Shown here: positions 1 through 13,464 of the stretch, one piece after another | How positions within the stretch are numbered: position 1 is the first letter of the stretch | Layout: the number at the start of each line of letters is the position of its first letter | DNA from: the human T2T-CHM13v2.0 reference genome, Homo sapiens | NCBI RefSeq assembly: GCF_009914755.1 | Contig: NC_060946.1 | DNA: 64,000 nt | Reading direction: 5' to 3' (one strand) | Program-made: the position numbers and the translations under genes | The notes under the pieces: generated by a model | The model's database searches: none | What the model was told of the DNA's origin: nothing | Seen by the model: only the letters and a program-made list of their open reading frames with translations

Positions 1-614
1 TTCAATCACATCTATATATAAGGATCTTGACCTCATATCAGGAAACTAAAGAGTAAGCATATATTTGTTTAAATTAAAAATGCTCTATATTAAAATAAAA
101 GTTTAAAATATTTCCCCACTTCAACCAATTGTTTAGATTAACCCACGGCCTACTAGTTCTGATCACTTTGGTTAAGAAAACACTGACTGTATTTCTTCAA
201 TTAGAGAAGGATGGCCATACATCCCAGTTTACCTGGGACTGTTTGAAACTAATTATTGGCATCACTTTTTATTCTCAAAAGTGCCCCAACTTGAATGCTA
301 AAGTTTATATGGTCACCTTATTTATAACAGACATAAAGTTGTTGCACCAAAAGCGAGCGAGGGGCCAGCCTTAGGAGCCTTAGGACCCCCATCACTTTCT
401 AGGAAACCCCTAAGAGCCATCCCATATAAATAATCTTCGCAAAAACAGTAAGGCTGCTGTGCAGAACAAGGCCCTCTTCTAATCAGATTGCTGCTCTTAA
501 GCTCTTCTTATATAAAAACCCTAGAGCTGATGCACATAAGTATTCTCCCACTTTAAAAATACTGCAAATCCATAAAACATTCTAGCCTTAATCAAGGCCT
601 GGGAACACGCCTAA

Positions 615-1084
<470 letters not shown>

Positions 1085-1539
1085 TAGAGAAACCACATTA
1101 GAAAGTATAGTGAAATGCTCAGAGTGCTTTATAAAAGCAATGGATTGTCATCCCATAAAGCTTCTTAATAGATCAAGAAAGAAGGCTGAGGTGACCTTGC
1201 ATAAACATGCAAGAGGTGGCGGGTGGTTTTCCCTGCTCCTTTCCTTCAGGTGTTTAACTCCAATGTGCTATTGGGACTGTATATAACATGACAAAAGAAT
1301 CACTAAAAAAGTGAAATGCTGGTGGTACACTTGGTGCTAACAAACTTAGTAGTAATAATCTTTAATCAGGAGTCACAGACTTCTACATCTGTGGTTGAGC
1401 TTGAAGAAGTCTACGAAGCCCCCACATGGTAAATAAAATAATGTAAATGAGTGAATGGGCACATTCACACGTGACCACATTTTCCTATGGTCAATCAATA
1501 ATTCTCCAGTACAGAGAAAAGGACCCTCAGACAGAAGGG

Positions 1540-1710
1540 GAAATTTCAGCTCTTATTTAGCTACTTACTTGAATTGTTGCCTTGGATAAGTCACTTTACC
1601 TCTGTGTGCTTCAATTTCCTCATCTTTCCAGAGGGAATATTTGCCTCATCTACTTCAAAAGGGGTGTTTGGGAGAATAAGATGAGAAAATACAATGAAAG
1701 TGGTCCAAAA
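1540..1710 (+). mobile_element. MIR
   Basis: Core CCTTGGATAAGTCACTTTACCTCTGTGTGCTTCAATTTCCTCATCT. Confidence 0.7.
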
Positions 1711-1825
1711 CAATCAAAAGAGTTATCTCTTTTTAAATCACCATTCAGCCACTGATAAGAATCTTGTCTGCAGATGGTTCTCATCTATTTAGGAAGGAAC
1801 AGTGAAAGAATAAGGAAAGCAAACA

Positions 1826-2018
1826 GGCCGGGTGTGGTGGCACACACCTGTGGTCCCAGCTACTCAGGAGGCTGAGGTGGGAGAATCACTTGCACCCCAG
1901 GGGTCAAGGCTGCAGTGAGCCATGTTCATGCCACTGCACTCCAGTATGGGTGACAGAGCAAGACCCTGTCTCAAAAACCAAACCAAACCAACAACAACAA
2001 AAAAAAAAAAAAAAAAAA
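1826..2018 (+). mobile_element. Alu right-arm monomer (FRAM/AluJ-like)
   Basis: GGCCGGGTGTGGTGGCACACACCTGTGGTCCCAGC...GACCCTGTCTC plus A-rich tail. Confidence 0.9.
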
Positions 2019-2844
2019 GGGAAAGCAAACAAAAGCACAATTAAAATTCACCTTCACCCCATTCCCCAGTTCCTCGATTTGCTGAGCCAAAACCATGCTG
2101 AGGAGACGTAAAGATCACAAGTTCCATTTCCGCCAGCTCAGACTGTTCAGCGACCAGTGTTTCACGCTGATAAATGCCTCCCAAATCTCAAAACGCAAAG
2201 TGAGAGTTCACAAGGTTAGGCGCATTAATTAGCAGTACTCATTTGGATTCTGTATTCATCAAATACAACAAGCAGCTATTCAATATTTGCCTATTTGCAC
2301 ACTCTAAGATCTCTAATTCAAAGATCCAACCAGAGTACAAATTAAAGCCCAAGAAAATAAACTAAAATAAACCTGTCACCATCAGAATGTGCCTCAAAGT
2401 AAATCAGCAGCTTTAAACCATGGCAAAGGGTCTGTAACAGGCCTGCAGCAGAGACAGCATGAGTAATGAATGTGCAGGTTACAGAAGTGGGCCCCTACTG
2501 CAAAAGAAAGAAAAAGTAGGTACAATCAAAGAGACTACTTTTTTAGGCTTTAATAAATTCCTATTAACTCCTTTTGCTTAGCTCCTTATTGATCTATAAT
2601 CCCCACAAGAAGAATACAGTACCCTTTCAGTCTTCTAAACTCAGTAAGTCTATTTCCATACTTTACATCAATTAGCTTTACCTTCCTAAATCCACAATAA
2701 GCAACATTTTATAAATAATAAAGTAACTGCATTAGTTTGCAAGACTAGATTAAGAGACTAACCACGACCCCTTTATTACATGTCCTAAGTGAAAAGTACA
2801 GGATGAAACAGAAACTGTCACTGCTTTTAAAGCAGCCCATAGGA

Positions 2845-2980
2845 CTGTAGTTCTCAACCGCACTACACAGCAGAATCACCTTTGGGATTTTTAAACATTT
2901 GAATGGGTAAGCCCAATCTTACACTTACCCAATCAGAAACTCCGTGGGGTGGATCTCCAGGTATGAGAATGTTTTTCTGA
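2845..2980. mobile_element. MER5-like hAT-Charlie fragment
   Basis: GTAGTTCTCAACC...AGAATCACC...AATCAGAAACTCCGTGGGGTGG. Confidence 0.55.
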
Positions 2981-3318
2981 TATATGACTAAGATATAAAA
3001 GTACTATCAAAGGCATAAGTTTCCCAGCTTAGAGAAGCTCTAGGACAGACACAAACCAGAATGAAAAACAAATAAATCTTTACATTCTCTTTAGATTTAG
3101 GGTAAATGGCCCTATCTTTTACCAAAAGCTTCCATCTTCAATATCAACAGTGATGAACTCAGTAGGGGATGAACACAGAGCTAACAACACTTCTTCTCCC
3201 GATGCCTTATCTGGGGCCACTCTGATATCAACTCAGCACCAAAAGTGCAAGAATTGGACAAATACTCTCAAATCTGAAAGGCCTGCAAATAGGTGACTAT
3301 TGATTATCAACCATCCTA

Positions 3319-3649
<331 letters not shown>

Positions 3650-4607
3650 GACCATCCTAGTTTTTAAGATCCACTTCAGGAGCTCTGATGAGATTCAATG
3701 AACTTCTGGAAAGGACACTATGAACTCTTTCGTTTAGCACTGTAACTCATATCTCCTGGACAAGTATAACAATGGTAGCTTTTTTTGACAACCCTGTAAG
3801 GAATAATGGCATTCCAAGATATTTCTAGGAGCTACCCTTTCAAATCTCCTGAAGAACGTCAATATCCCCAAACATCAAAGATACAAATTTCTTTCAGAGG
3901 CGAGGTGATTTAAGCCACACCATTTCTCTAAGAGGAAGCCTTACCTGTTCTTCTATCCTAACTCTGTTTCAACGTCATGGGCTCAAGTATTCAAACAACA
4001 AAAAGATAGGGAAGGCATTTTACACACTTGCCTAAACCATACTGAGGGTGTCTCGTAGGAAGCAATTCTGCTCTGACCCATAATAGGGCCTGGGCTTTTC
4101 CAGTCATCCTCCCATCTAACAAAGAAAGGTGGCAGAAACTTTGCTTTCTCAGGCAAGCTTTCCCTGATTAAAACCATAAGGCTGAATTCCCCCAGGGAGG
4201 AGAATGGAATTTTCTTGCTACAGATCATTACAAGGACTCAAAAACTCTGTGCAGGCAGGGGCTAACTGGCAGGTAATAAAGAGACAAGTCCAGCATTCAG
4301 AATTATAAGGCATCAAGAAAACCAGGTCAAAAAATTATTATGTAGCCTGGAGAAGAAAATACAAAACCAATCATGACTGTGCTTGAGTGATTATTTTCTC
4401 TTCTAATATCCACAATTTTAATAACATAATACTTATAGAATTTAAAAATATGCTTAATTTACATCTGTAAAAGTAAATTCACTGCTGAAACAAGCCACAT
4501 TTCCTTTCAAAGTAAGTAATTTCAGGAAATGCTCTCTATCATAGCAACCCTTTGATGAAACACACCACACACATACATCATCTGAGTTACAAACAGCAGA
4601 TACCAAC

Positions 4608-4658
4608 CTGGCTGTCCCGCGCTGGGAATCCATGATAACCTGGAGTCAGAGGCTCGTT
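4608..4658 (-). CDS. RBFOX2: RBFOX2 51-nt internal coding exon (NEPLTPGYHGFPARDSQ)
   Basis: Minus strand: acceptor TTTTTCTTGTCTTTCTCATAG|AAC, donor CAG|GTTGGT; 17 open codons, phase 0-0. The peptide matches the RBFOX2 N-terminus as I recall it (MQNEPLTPGYHGFPARDSQGNQEP...). Confidence 0.95.
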
Positions 4659-4927
4659 CTATGAGAAAGACAAGAAAAATATCAAACCATGAGATGAAAG
4701 AAAATGTTAGGCATAATCAAAATCATCCAAACTGATCAAATATAAATTCCTGCCCTGGTTCCTAAAATGTTCCATTAACTGTATTCCACCCTACCTAAGT
4801 GTATATATCTCCTCGTTAAGCCTCTACACTGGCAAAAACAAAAAACAGTATTTGCTTAGGAGCACTATTCATAAAAACTATTTCTTCCTTATGCAGCTAA
4901 ATCTGTTTCCTTTCCAGTATATCTTAG

Positions 4928-5125
4928 GCAGGGTGCTACTGCGACTGGGGTCAGAGTTAATTCCTAACTTCATCATACACTGTGGGACTTCAGCATCCCC
5001 AGCCCCAACTCACACTAAGCCGTTAGCACCCCTAAACACTAGGATAACCAAAAACTTGTTGGTTTATTTCCAAATGTCCCCTGGATGGAAAGGGGACAAG
5101 TACCAACCCTGCTGAGAACTGCCTC
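4928..5125. mobile_element. MER20-like hAT MITE
   Basis: AGCATCCC...TAGCACCCC...ACCAAAAAC...CAAATGTCCCCTGG...TGAGAAC resembles MER20. Confidence 0.6.
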
Positions 5126-5924
5126 TTAACCCAGAAAAGTTTTAGGTCTTCGTCTCTATCAGCCTGTTTCCCCTCAGTTTTTACTTTTTTATTTATTTAT
5201 TTTTTGTTTTATCCCCTCAGTTCTTTGAAATCTGGATGAAATCTGACCTCTGTTCAAGACTTCCTCTACTACTCTATATCATCCTATGGACTCAAGTGAC
5301 TCCTCCTAATATTTAATATTTACTTAGCTTACTTGTGCAGCTTACTTTTTATGTTACTTATGATTCTAATTAACCTTATTTTTTAAAGGTATATCATGTT
5401 GAGTATCTGTCTCATTTTCACTTTAAACCACTAAGTCAAGATCCTTGAGGGCAAGGATGATAGCTAATAAAAGCCATGCAAACCCTAATTTAGTATAAGG
5501 TCATATAACATGAACACTCATTTCCAGCTTACTTGACCCATTCAATCATTCAGTTAATATATACTAATATTAATATTTTCCAAGCACTGTTAGTCGACTG
5601 ATGGAGTAAAAAAAGATGAATTAAAAATAAGGCCCTTGCTTTCAAGGGAACTTTTAAATGAGGGAAGATGCACGTGCACACGAAGGAGTAAATGAGAACA
5701 TACATTGCTTTTGTAATTTTCAAAGTGCTCAACATTGCTACTTAGATATTCATCCTCTTCTTCCATTCACTGTACTTTCATTCCTACTAGCAGAACAGCG
5801 TAAAAGAAATTTTCATTGATAGGACTTTTGAATATAACAATAGAGTAAACTTTCCACTAATTGGTAGGTTGACTATATTCAGATATTTGATAGTCAAAAG
5901 CATGGAAGTCTGAAGACAACTTAA

Positions 5925-6028
5925 GCTTACTGCAGAGACCCTGTGTCTTGTTCATCATGGTTTCCCTGAGATCTAGCACAGTATCTAACACATGTAGACA
6001 CCCAAAAGAATGTGTAATAAATAAATGG
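5925..6028 (+). mobile_element. L2 3' end
   Basis: TGTGTCTTGTTCATC...CTAGCACAGTATCTAACACATGTAGACAC...AATAAATAAATG. Confidence 0.65.
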
Positions 6029-6049
6029 AGCTAAATAACCAGAAAATGT

Positions 6050-6880
6050 GTAGGAATTCAGACAGTTCTGCAAAAGAGATGTGCAAATGGCCAGTAAGTA
6101 CATGAAGAGATGCTCAACATCATAAGTCATTATGCAAATCAAAACCACATTGAGATAAAACTCACACTCATCAGAATGGTTATAAACAAAATGCCAGACA
6201 ACAATAAGTATTGTCAAAGACATGGAGAAATCAGAATTCTTCTACACTGCGGGTGGGAATGTAAAATGGTATAGCTGCTCTGGAAACAGTTGGATAGTCC
6301 TTCTATTAAACATAGAGTTATATGACCCAGCAATTCCACACCTGGGTATGTAACTAAGAAAACTGAAAACATATGTCCACACAAAATAATATACATGAAT
6401 GTTCATAGCAGCATTATTTCATAATAACCAAACAGCAGAAAAAAACCAAAATGTCCGTCGATTGATGAATGGATAAATGAAGTATGGTACATCCATAGTG
6501 GAATATTATTCAGTAATTTTAAAAATAAAGTACAGATACAACACAGATGAATACTGAAAACACCATGCTTGAAAACAGACACAAAAGGCCACAAATTATA
6601 TAATTTGATTTGTATGAAATATCAAGAATAGGCAGATTATTCATAGAGGCAGAATATAAATTAGTGGTTCCAGGGACTAGCGGGAAGAAATGAGCAGTGA
6701 CTGCTAACGGCTACCAGGTTTATCTGGAGGGAGATGACAATGTTCTGGAGTTAGATTTTAGTGATGGATGCACACATCCATTATTATATTAAAAACCACT
6801 GAAACACTAAAAGCACTTCATAAATGCGAGATTTATGGTCTGTGAATTATATCTCATTAAATCTGTTATTTAAAAATAAT
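6050..6880 (+). mobile_element. L1M (L1MB-like) 3' fragment
   Basis: ATGCTCAACATCA...GGTGGGAATGTAAAATGGT...ATATGACCCAGCAATTCCAC...GATGAATGGATAAA. Confidence 0.9.
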
Positions 6881-7061
6881 AATAGTTATAGGCAATGTTG
6901 GCTATTTTTCATACTGATTTTTATAGGGGAGACATGCAGTTTAGATTTTAACAAAAGAACAAGGCTCTTTCCGAAATGCACAAGTGCCTTTTGTTTGTTC
7001 TGGATTCTATAAATTTACTTCCACACACCATTCTCTACAAATTTTAACAATGATGATGATA

Positions 7062-7300
7062 ACCCCCCAGTTATTAAGCACCTAATCAGTACAGTTCCAG
7101 GATGGTGGAAAAGAGGAAGAGATAGAGGCAAAAAGAATGAGATAATATAGCAGTATACAAAAATATATTTCCTATCACTGGGGAAACTAACTGAAAGAAG
7201 GTAAGTAACTGGCCCAATAACACATAGATATTGAATGGGAAATTCAAACTGCCAACCTGTGTCTGCTGGACTACAAACCCCTGTTCTTTCCATTTTTCCA
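7062..7300 (-). mobile_element. MIR
   Basis: GGGAAACT...GTAAGTAACTGGCCCAA...GAAATTCAAAC...TGTCTG. Confidence 0.55.
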
Positions 7301-7689
7301 GGTTCTCATCCCTACTAATGATTCCATATTATTCCCTTACAATAAACATTTCATGATTGTCTGAGAAGGGGATTATCTGATTAAGAAAGTAATCAAAAAC
7401 CCCAAAAGCATATTAACAGAAATTCATCACTCCCAGAGGACATCCCACATATGAACCATATTCCATAAAATCCTGGAGTTCAACAATGAAAAAAATATAA
7501 GGAAAAGATCACATTCGTATAAGCCAGTATTGTCAAAAACTTCAATAGAAAAGTTGGTCATAACAGGTTGCACAGAGATGTGTCAGAGGAAATGGATTTA
7601 CTCCTCCACCTGCCTTAGCACTCTTCTTTATTTCCTACCTCTCAGATAAGGCTATTTGGAACTCTCAAGCCCTCCCTGTATATATCTGT

Positions 7690-8340
7690 CTCTTACAAAT
7701 GCATTAATTTTGCGTGATTTTGAATTTTACAGGCATGGATCCTATTGCAGGTATTCTTCAGTAATTTGGCATTTTTGCTCAATACTATGTAAGATTCACC
7801 TCCACTAGGGCACATAACTGTATTTTACTATGATTGCCATTTAGTATTCTCTTATAAACTATAAACATGTCAAATAAATTACTTATCTGTCCTATTTTCC
7901 TGTTAATGGATAATTGAATTGTTTCCACTTAATGGTTTTTGTGCTCACACCATGCTGCCTACGAACATTCTTTTAGATTTGAGATACCATGTTTTACATA
8001 TGAGATTAGCAAAAATGAAAACACCATGAATAGGCAAAAAGATGAGTCAACAGATACTCTCACACCTAATAGTAGGAATATAAGTATATTGGGATGCTGT
8101 TATGGAAAGTAATTTGGCAGTACTATCAAAATATTGAATGCATATACCTTCCTGTAACTTCACATCTCTATCTAGACAAAGAAGCATGTGCGAAGATTTT
8201 CAAAACAGTGTTGTTTGCCTTAGTGAAAAACTAGGAAAAAAAACCTCAGTTTCCATTAATAATAAGGTAATAGTGTTATCAATTATTGCAAAATTTCAAC
8301 ATCCCACCTGCAAGGTTTTTAAAATAAGGTAAAATCTTTA
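7690..8340. mobile_element. Degenerate L1ME fragments (opposite orientations meeting near 7980)
   Basis: Minus-strand L1 3' motifs at 7690-7975; GAGATACCATGTTT...TATGGAAAGTAATTTGGCAGTA on plus. Confidence 0.5.
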
Positions 8341-8399
8341 TAAATGACCTCAGGTCATATTAAATGACAGCAGAACAGAACACTCAAGCAGAAATGGCT

Positions 8400-8499
8400 A
8401 GCTACACAGAAGGCTCAGGCAGGAGGATCACTCAAGCCCTGGAGTTTGAGATAGCCTGGGCAGCACAGCGACATCCCATCTCTTAAAAAAAAAAAAAAA
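8400..8499 (+). mobile_element. Alu left-arm (FLAM-like) fragment
   Basis: GGCAGGAGGATCACTCAAGCCCTGGAGTTTGAG...CCCATCTC plus poly(A). Confidence 0.85.
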
Positions 8500-8889
8500 G
8501 GTAACTAAATGCATCGAAAATATAAAGAAGGATATATAACAAACTTCTAATAGTGGTTACCTCTAGGGAGAAGAATAAGATTTGTGGAAGGTTGAAAGGA
8601 CATGTTTTACCCAAATTTTACATTGTGTAAAATTCACATATGACTTAGAATAAAGCTGTTGTCAGTGTTTCTTACTGCTTTATAACTTATAAAACCAACT
8701 ATATATCTCACTTAGTCCTCACAATGCATAAAACAAGTTTTATAAATGTCATTTTACAGATGACAAAACTGAATTTCAGACACTTTAAGTGATTTGCTCA
8801 TAATCAAATAACTAATGACAGTGGCTGAGATGCCTCCAGACTTAGGTCTTGATTCTATACCCAATACTTCTACTACTTCATGACAACTA

Positions 8890-8948
8890 TTAGGCTGGTG
8901 CAAAATTAAAGTAATGGTAAAAACCGCAACTATTTTGTGCCAGTCGAA
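8890..8948. mobile_element. MADE1 (Hsmar1-derived MITE), internally deleted
   Basis: TA|TTAGGCTGGTGCAAAA...TAATGGTAAAAACCGCAACTATTTTGTGCCAGTCGAA|TA. Confidence 0.75.
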
Positions 8949-9377
8949 TAGTGGGAAAGATTTGCCTCGTCTGGTCAGAGATGATTATGATTATCTAATG
9001 ATATGCAAGTCTGAGTTTTTAATCAGCATAAAAACAATAACTGGCATTTAAAGCAGAGATGAAATTACAAGAAAAGCTACTGGAACAGACAAGATGGAAA
9101 TCAGATGTGTTAGAAGTCCAAAAAGAAAAGGTTTTAGTAGCGATATGTCTATAAGCAAGCATTATTGGCCTATTAAGAATGAAAGAAACGGACTCTGTCT
9201 TGGCACAGAGACTGCTCAAAAATAAAAAGAAATACATAAGAAATAAAATACCAACCGTAAGAATCTTTATTAACTAAGAGGTCAGCAATTAAAACCGTTT
9301 AGAAGCTTCTGGTTAGTGGACATGTGACAATGCAACAGAAAAATCCTTAAGTAACTATCAAAAAAACCCCAACTGCT

Positions 9378-9791
<414 letters not shown>

Positions 9792-10554
9792 CTACATCTG
9801 TAAAATCTCTTTAAGCAGAAGAATCCTTCACTTATTCAGTAAGAGTGGATTGAACAACTGCTTTGAGAAACATAGTGCTGGTATTCTTGCCCTTGAGGAG
9901 CTGAGAGTCATAATAATTACAAGACAGTGCGACTGATACCATAACTAAAATCTATTAAAAATAACTACAGGACTTCAGAAGATCTTTTTAAAAGTGTGTG
10001 GGGGGATGGAGGTGAGTGATAACTTCAAACCTATTAGGACAAGACCTCCAGTACTATGTTGAATTGATACATGCTGAAAAGACAGTGATTTTTAAAGCCG
10101 TTTTTCTAAATGCTTTTCTGGAAATTATCAATATCATTTCTGAATGATTAGTCAATATATTTTCCCAGAAAGAATACTGGCAAAATTACAAGAAAATACT
10201 GGTGAAATTACCCAGAATATAGCACATAGAGGAGAAAAAAGGTACTATTTTTTGTAGCATTTTAAAAATACAGTTAAGAGAGGTACAAAGAAAACTTAAC
10301 AATACTGAAGCTCCAAAGCTCTGCTTTCCATACAGTTATACTTGTGATATAATATACTAGCCATAAATCCTAAGCATTGACCAATAAAACAATAACCAAA
10401 GTGAAGTTGCCCGAGAAGCTTAAGAAAGACATCATGCTGCCAATCAAAGTATTTCTTCCTGGCTTCTATCATTGCTGAGAGTTGGCTATGAGCAGAGTGC
10501 AGAAAACTGGAAATACACAACAAAGTTAAACCAAGCAATGAAAAAAACAAATCT

Positions 10555-10728
10555 GGCCAGCCGCGGCGGCTCACGGCTGTAATCCCGGCACTTTGGGAGG
10601 GTGAGGTGGGAGGATCATTTGAGGTCAGGGATTCGAGACTAGCCTGGCCAACACAGTGAAACCCCATCTATACCAAAAAATACAAAAATTAGCCAGTCTC
10701 AAGAAAAACAACAACGACAACAAAAAAA
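10555..10728 (+). mobile_element. Alu (S-like) left arm, right arm deleted
   Basis: Left arm and linker, then TTAGCC joined directly to AGTCTC and the A-rich tail. Confidence 0.9.
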
Positions 10729-11210
10729 CAAATCCACAAAACCATCCCACTGCCTTTCTTCTGTGTCTAACAAAATGAAAGGGGAAGAATAATGAAAATG
10801 GAACAAAAAGAATTCTTACCACTCTGCAGTTTGGAGAGAAGAAAGCGAGATAAAGCAAAGGAAGATACAAAATGAAGCTGTCTTCTACAAATAACTTGGG
10901 TAATGGGTACGAGCTCAGATTTTTCATTGACTTACTCCCCAGTCGAAAATGAATTTCACATCACCTTGCATGTATCTAATAACAGAAGGAAACAGACCAC
11001 ACTGACTAAAAAAAAGCAAATCAAGTTGCTCAGGATGTTTCACTATGTTATTCGCAGCAAGTTAATTGTTTTTCAAGTATTGAGCCTATTTTTGAATTGG
11101 GACATAAAAGGAATGCCACAGGAACAGAAGATGTAAAATCCCATATGCTATTACATGCAAAAACTAATCCCAGCAACAAATCTCTCTGGCTTGAGAAAAA
11201 AATATATACC

Positions 11211-11497
11211 TTTTTTTTGAGGGTCTCACACTGTCGCCCAGGCTGGACTGGAGTGCAGTGGCATGAACATGGCTCATTGCAGCCTCGACCTCGCAGACCC
11301 AAGCGATCCTCCTATCCCAGCCTCCTGAGTAGCTGGGACTACAGGCATGTGCCACTACACCCGGCTAATTTTGTTTTATCTTTTGTAGGGACAAGGTCTC
11401 ACTCTGTTGCACAGACTGGTCTCAAACTCCTGGCCTCAAGTCCTGCCTCGGCCTCCCAAAGTGCTGGGATTACGGGAATAAGCCACTGTGCCTGGCC
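11211..11497 (-). mobile_element. Alu (J-like)
   Basis: Reverse Alu dimer. Confidence 0.95.
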
Positions 11498-11884
11498 TCA
11501 AGAAGAGAAATTGCTAAGTGACCACAGGGCGTCATTCTGCTTCCAAACCATAAGAGTTCAAAATACCTAGAGATAAGATGAAGACTTATAAGTGATACGA
11601 ATCTGATAGTATCTAACAACATGGTCCCAACATGAGGTCCAACTGTTAACTAGTAAACTAAGCTTTCGCTGCAAAAAAACTCATTCTACCTCCCTATCAA
11701 GACAATCAATGACAGTTATTTGTTACATTCACTACTCCCTCCACATTTACCGCTCCCCCCTTTTTTTTAAATTAAAAATCAGCTGGTATAAGCAGTATGT
11801 TTCATGGTAAAATCTGATACAGGATTTACTGGGTTCTTGAAGATTATCTTTGAAACACACCAAAATTTCTTCAATAGTGGTCGC

Positions 11885-12030
11885 AGGTGTCTAAGAAATA
11901 ACCAATCAAACCCCTTTTCTTTACAGGTGAGGAAGCTGAGACTTAGAGAAGTGCCTTGCCCACAGTCACTCAAACTAGGTAGGTATGAAAGAGAACCCAG
12001 AATTTACAACTCCTGACTCTCAAATCATAT
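11885..12030 (-). mobile_element. MIR
   Basis: TTACAGGTGAGGAAGCTGAGACTTAGAGAAGTGCCTTGCCCACAGTCAC. Confidence 0.7.
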
Positions 12031-12094
12031 AAACTATTCACTTCAGACTCTACTAGTTATATTACAGATATATGTAACTCCTTTCATCATGCAA

Positions 12095-12315
12095 TAGAAA
12101 GGCTGGACGGAACCTTGGGAGTTGAAGATACAGATTCAAATTCTGGCTGGGTCACTTTCTAACTATGTGACTAGTCAAAATCCTTAATATCTCTGACTCT
12201 AAATTTTCTCAACTGTGTAATAGATAATATCTACCACATAAAGTTGTGACATCCAATGAGATAATCAGGTGACGCTTATCTGGCACAATATTTAACATAT
12301 AGGAGAAGCTCAAAA
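12095..12315 (+). mobile_element. MIR
   Basis: GATTCAAATTCTGGCT...CTATGTGACT...CTTAATATCTCTGACTCT. Confidence 0.65.
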
Positions 12316-12590
12316 AGAATTCCTTCCCAACCCCCACGTCTATTTATTGCAAAATTATATAGTCTATGGGAATAAATCCTACAAAGTAGCACATTTCCAA
12401 ATAACCAACCTTTAATTTCCTTAGCTTCCTCTACATCAGCTATTTAGGAATATGTGCTAAATGGCCATTCTGCCTCACTGTAAGGTGTTCAAAACCTAGT
12501 GATATTATAAACTGTTTCTAGTATTCAAGAACAGAATGAATGAGAATACCTCTAAAGTGACCAAAGAAACTCTGCCTTTTGTGACATACA

Positions 12591-13427
12591 CAGTCAAGGC
12601 CACATGACAATACTTTGGTCAACAACTGATTGCATAAACAATGGTAGTCCCATGAGATTATAACGAAGCTGGTCAAGCACAGTGGCTCACATCTGTAATC
12701 CCAGCACTCTGGGAGGCCGAGGAGGGAGGATCACCTGAGGTCAGGAGTTCGAGACCAGCCTGGCCAACATGGCGAAACCCCATCTCTACTAAAAATACAA
12801 AATTAGCCGGGTGTGGTGGTGAGCACCTGTAATCCCAACTACTTGGGAGGCTGAGGGCACAAGAATCGCTTGAACCCAGGAAGCAGAGGCTGCAGTGAGC
12901 TGAGATCGTGCCACTGCACTCCAGCCTGGGCGACAGAGCAAAACTCTTCCCTGCCACAAAAAAAAAAGATTATAATGAAGCTGAAAAACTCCTATCACAG
13001 TGACATCATAACTGTCATGGCACAAAACATTACTTATGTGTTTGTGTGATGCTGGTGTAAACAAGCCTACTGTGCTGCCAGTCATATAAAAGTCTAGCGC
13101 ATACAACAATGTACAGTTCACAGTGCTTGATGATAATAAATGGTTATTTTACTGGTTCATGTATTTACTATATCATACTTTTTTTCATTAGAGTGTGCTC
13201 CTTCTACTTATGTAAAAAAAAAAGTTACCTCAGGGAGGTCCTTCCTGAGGTCTTCCAGCACACGGCATTGTTATCATAGAAAATGACAGCTCCATGTGTG
13301 TTACTGGCCATTACCACCTTCCAGTGGGAAGGATGTGGAGGTGGAAAGCATACTGATGATTTTGTCCCCGTGGAGGCCTAAGCTAATGTGTGTGTTTGTG
13401 TCTTAGCTTTCAACAAAAAAAAGTTTA

Positions 13428-13464
<37 letters not shown>

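Noticed and set aside
3983-4228. 81-aa minus-strand ORF near the RBFOX2 exon
   Set aside because: Not in the RBFOX2 frame when spliced and no recognisable similarity; treated only as a candidate non-coding/poison exon.
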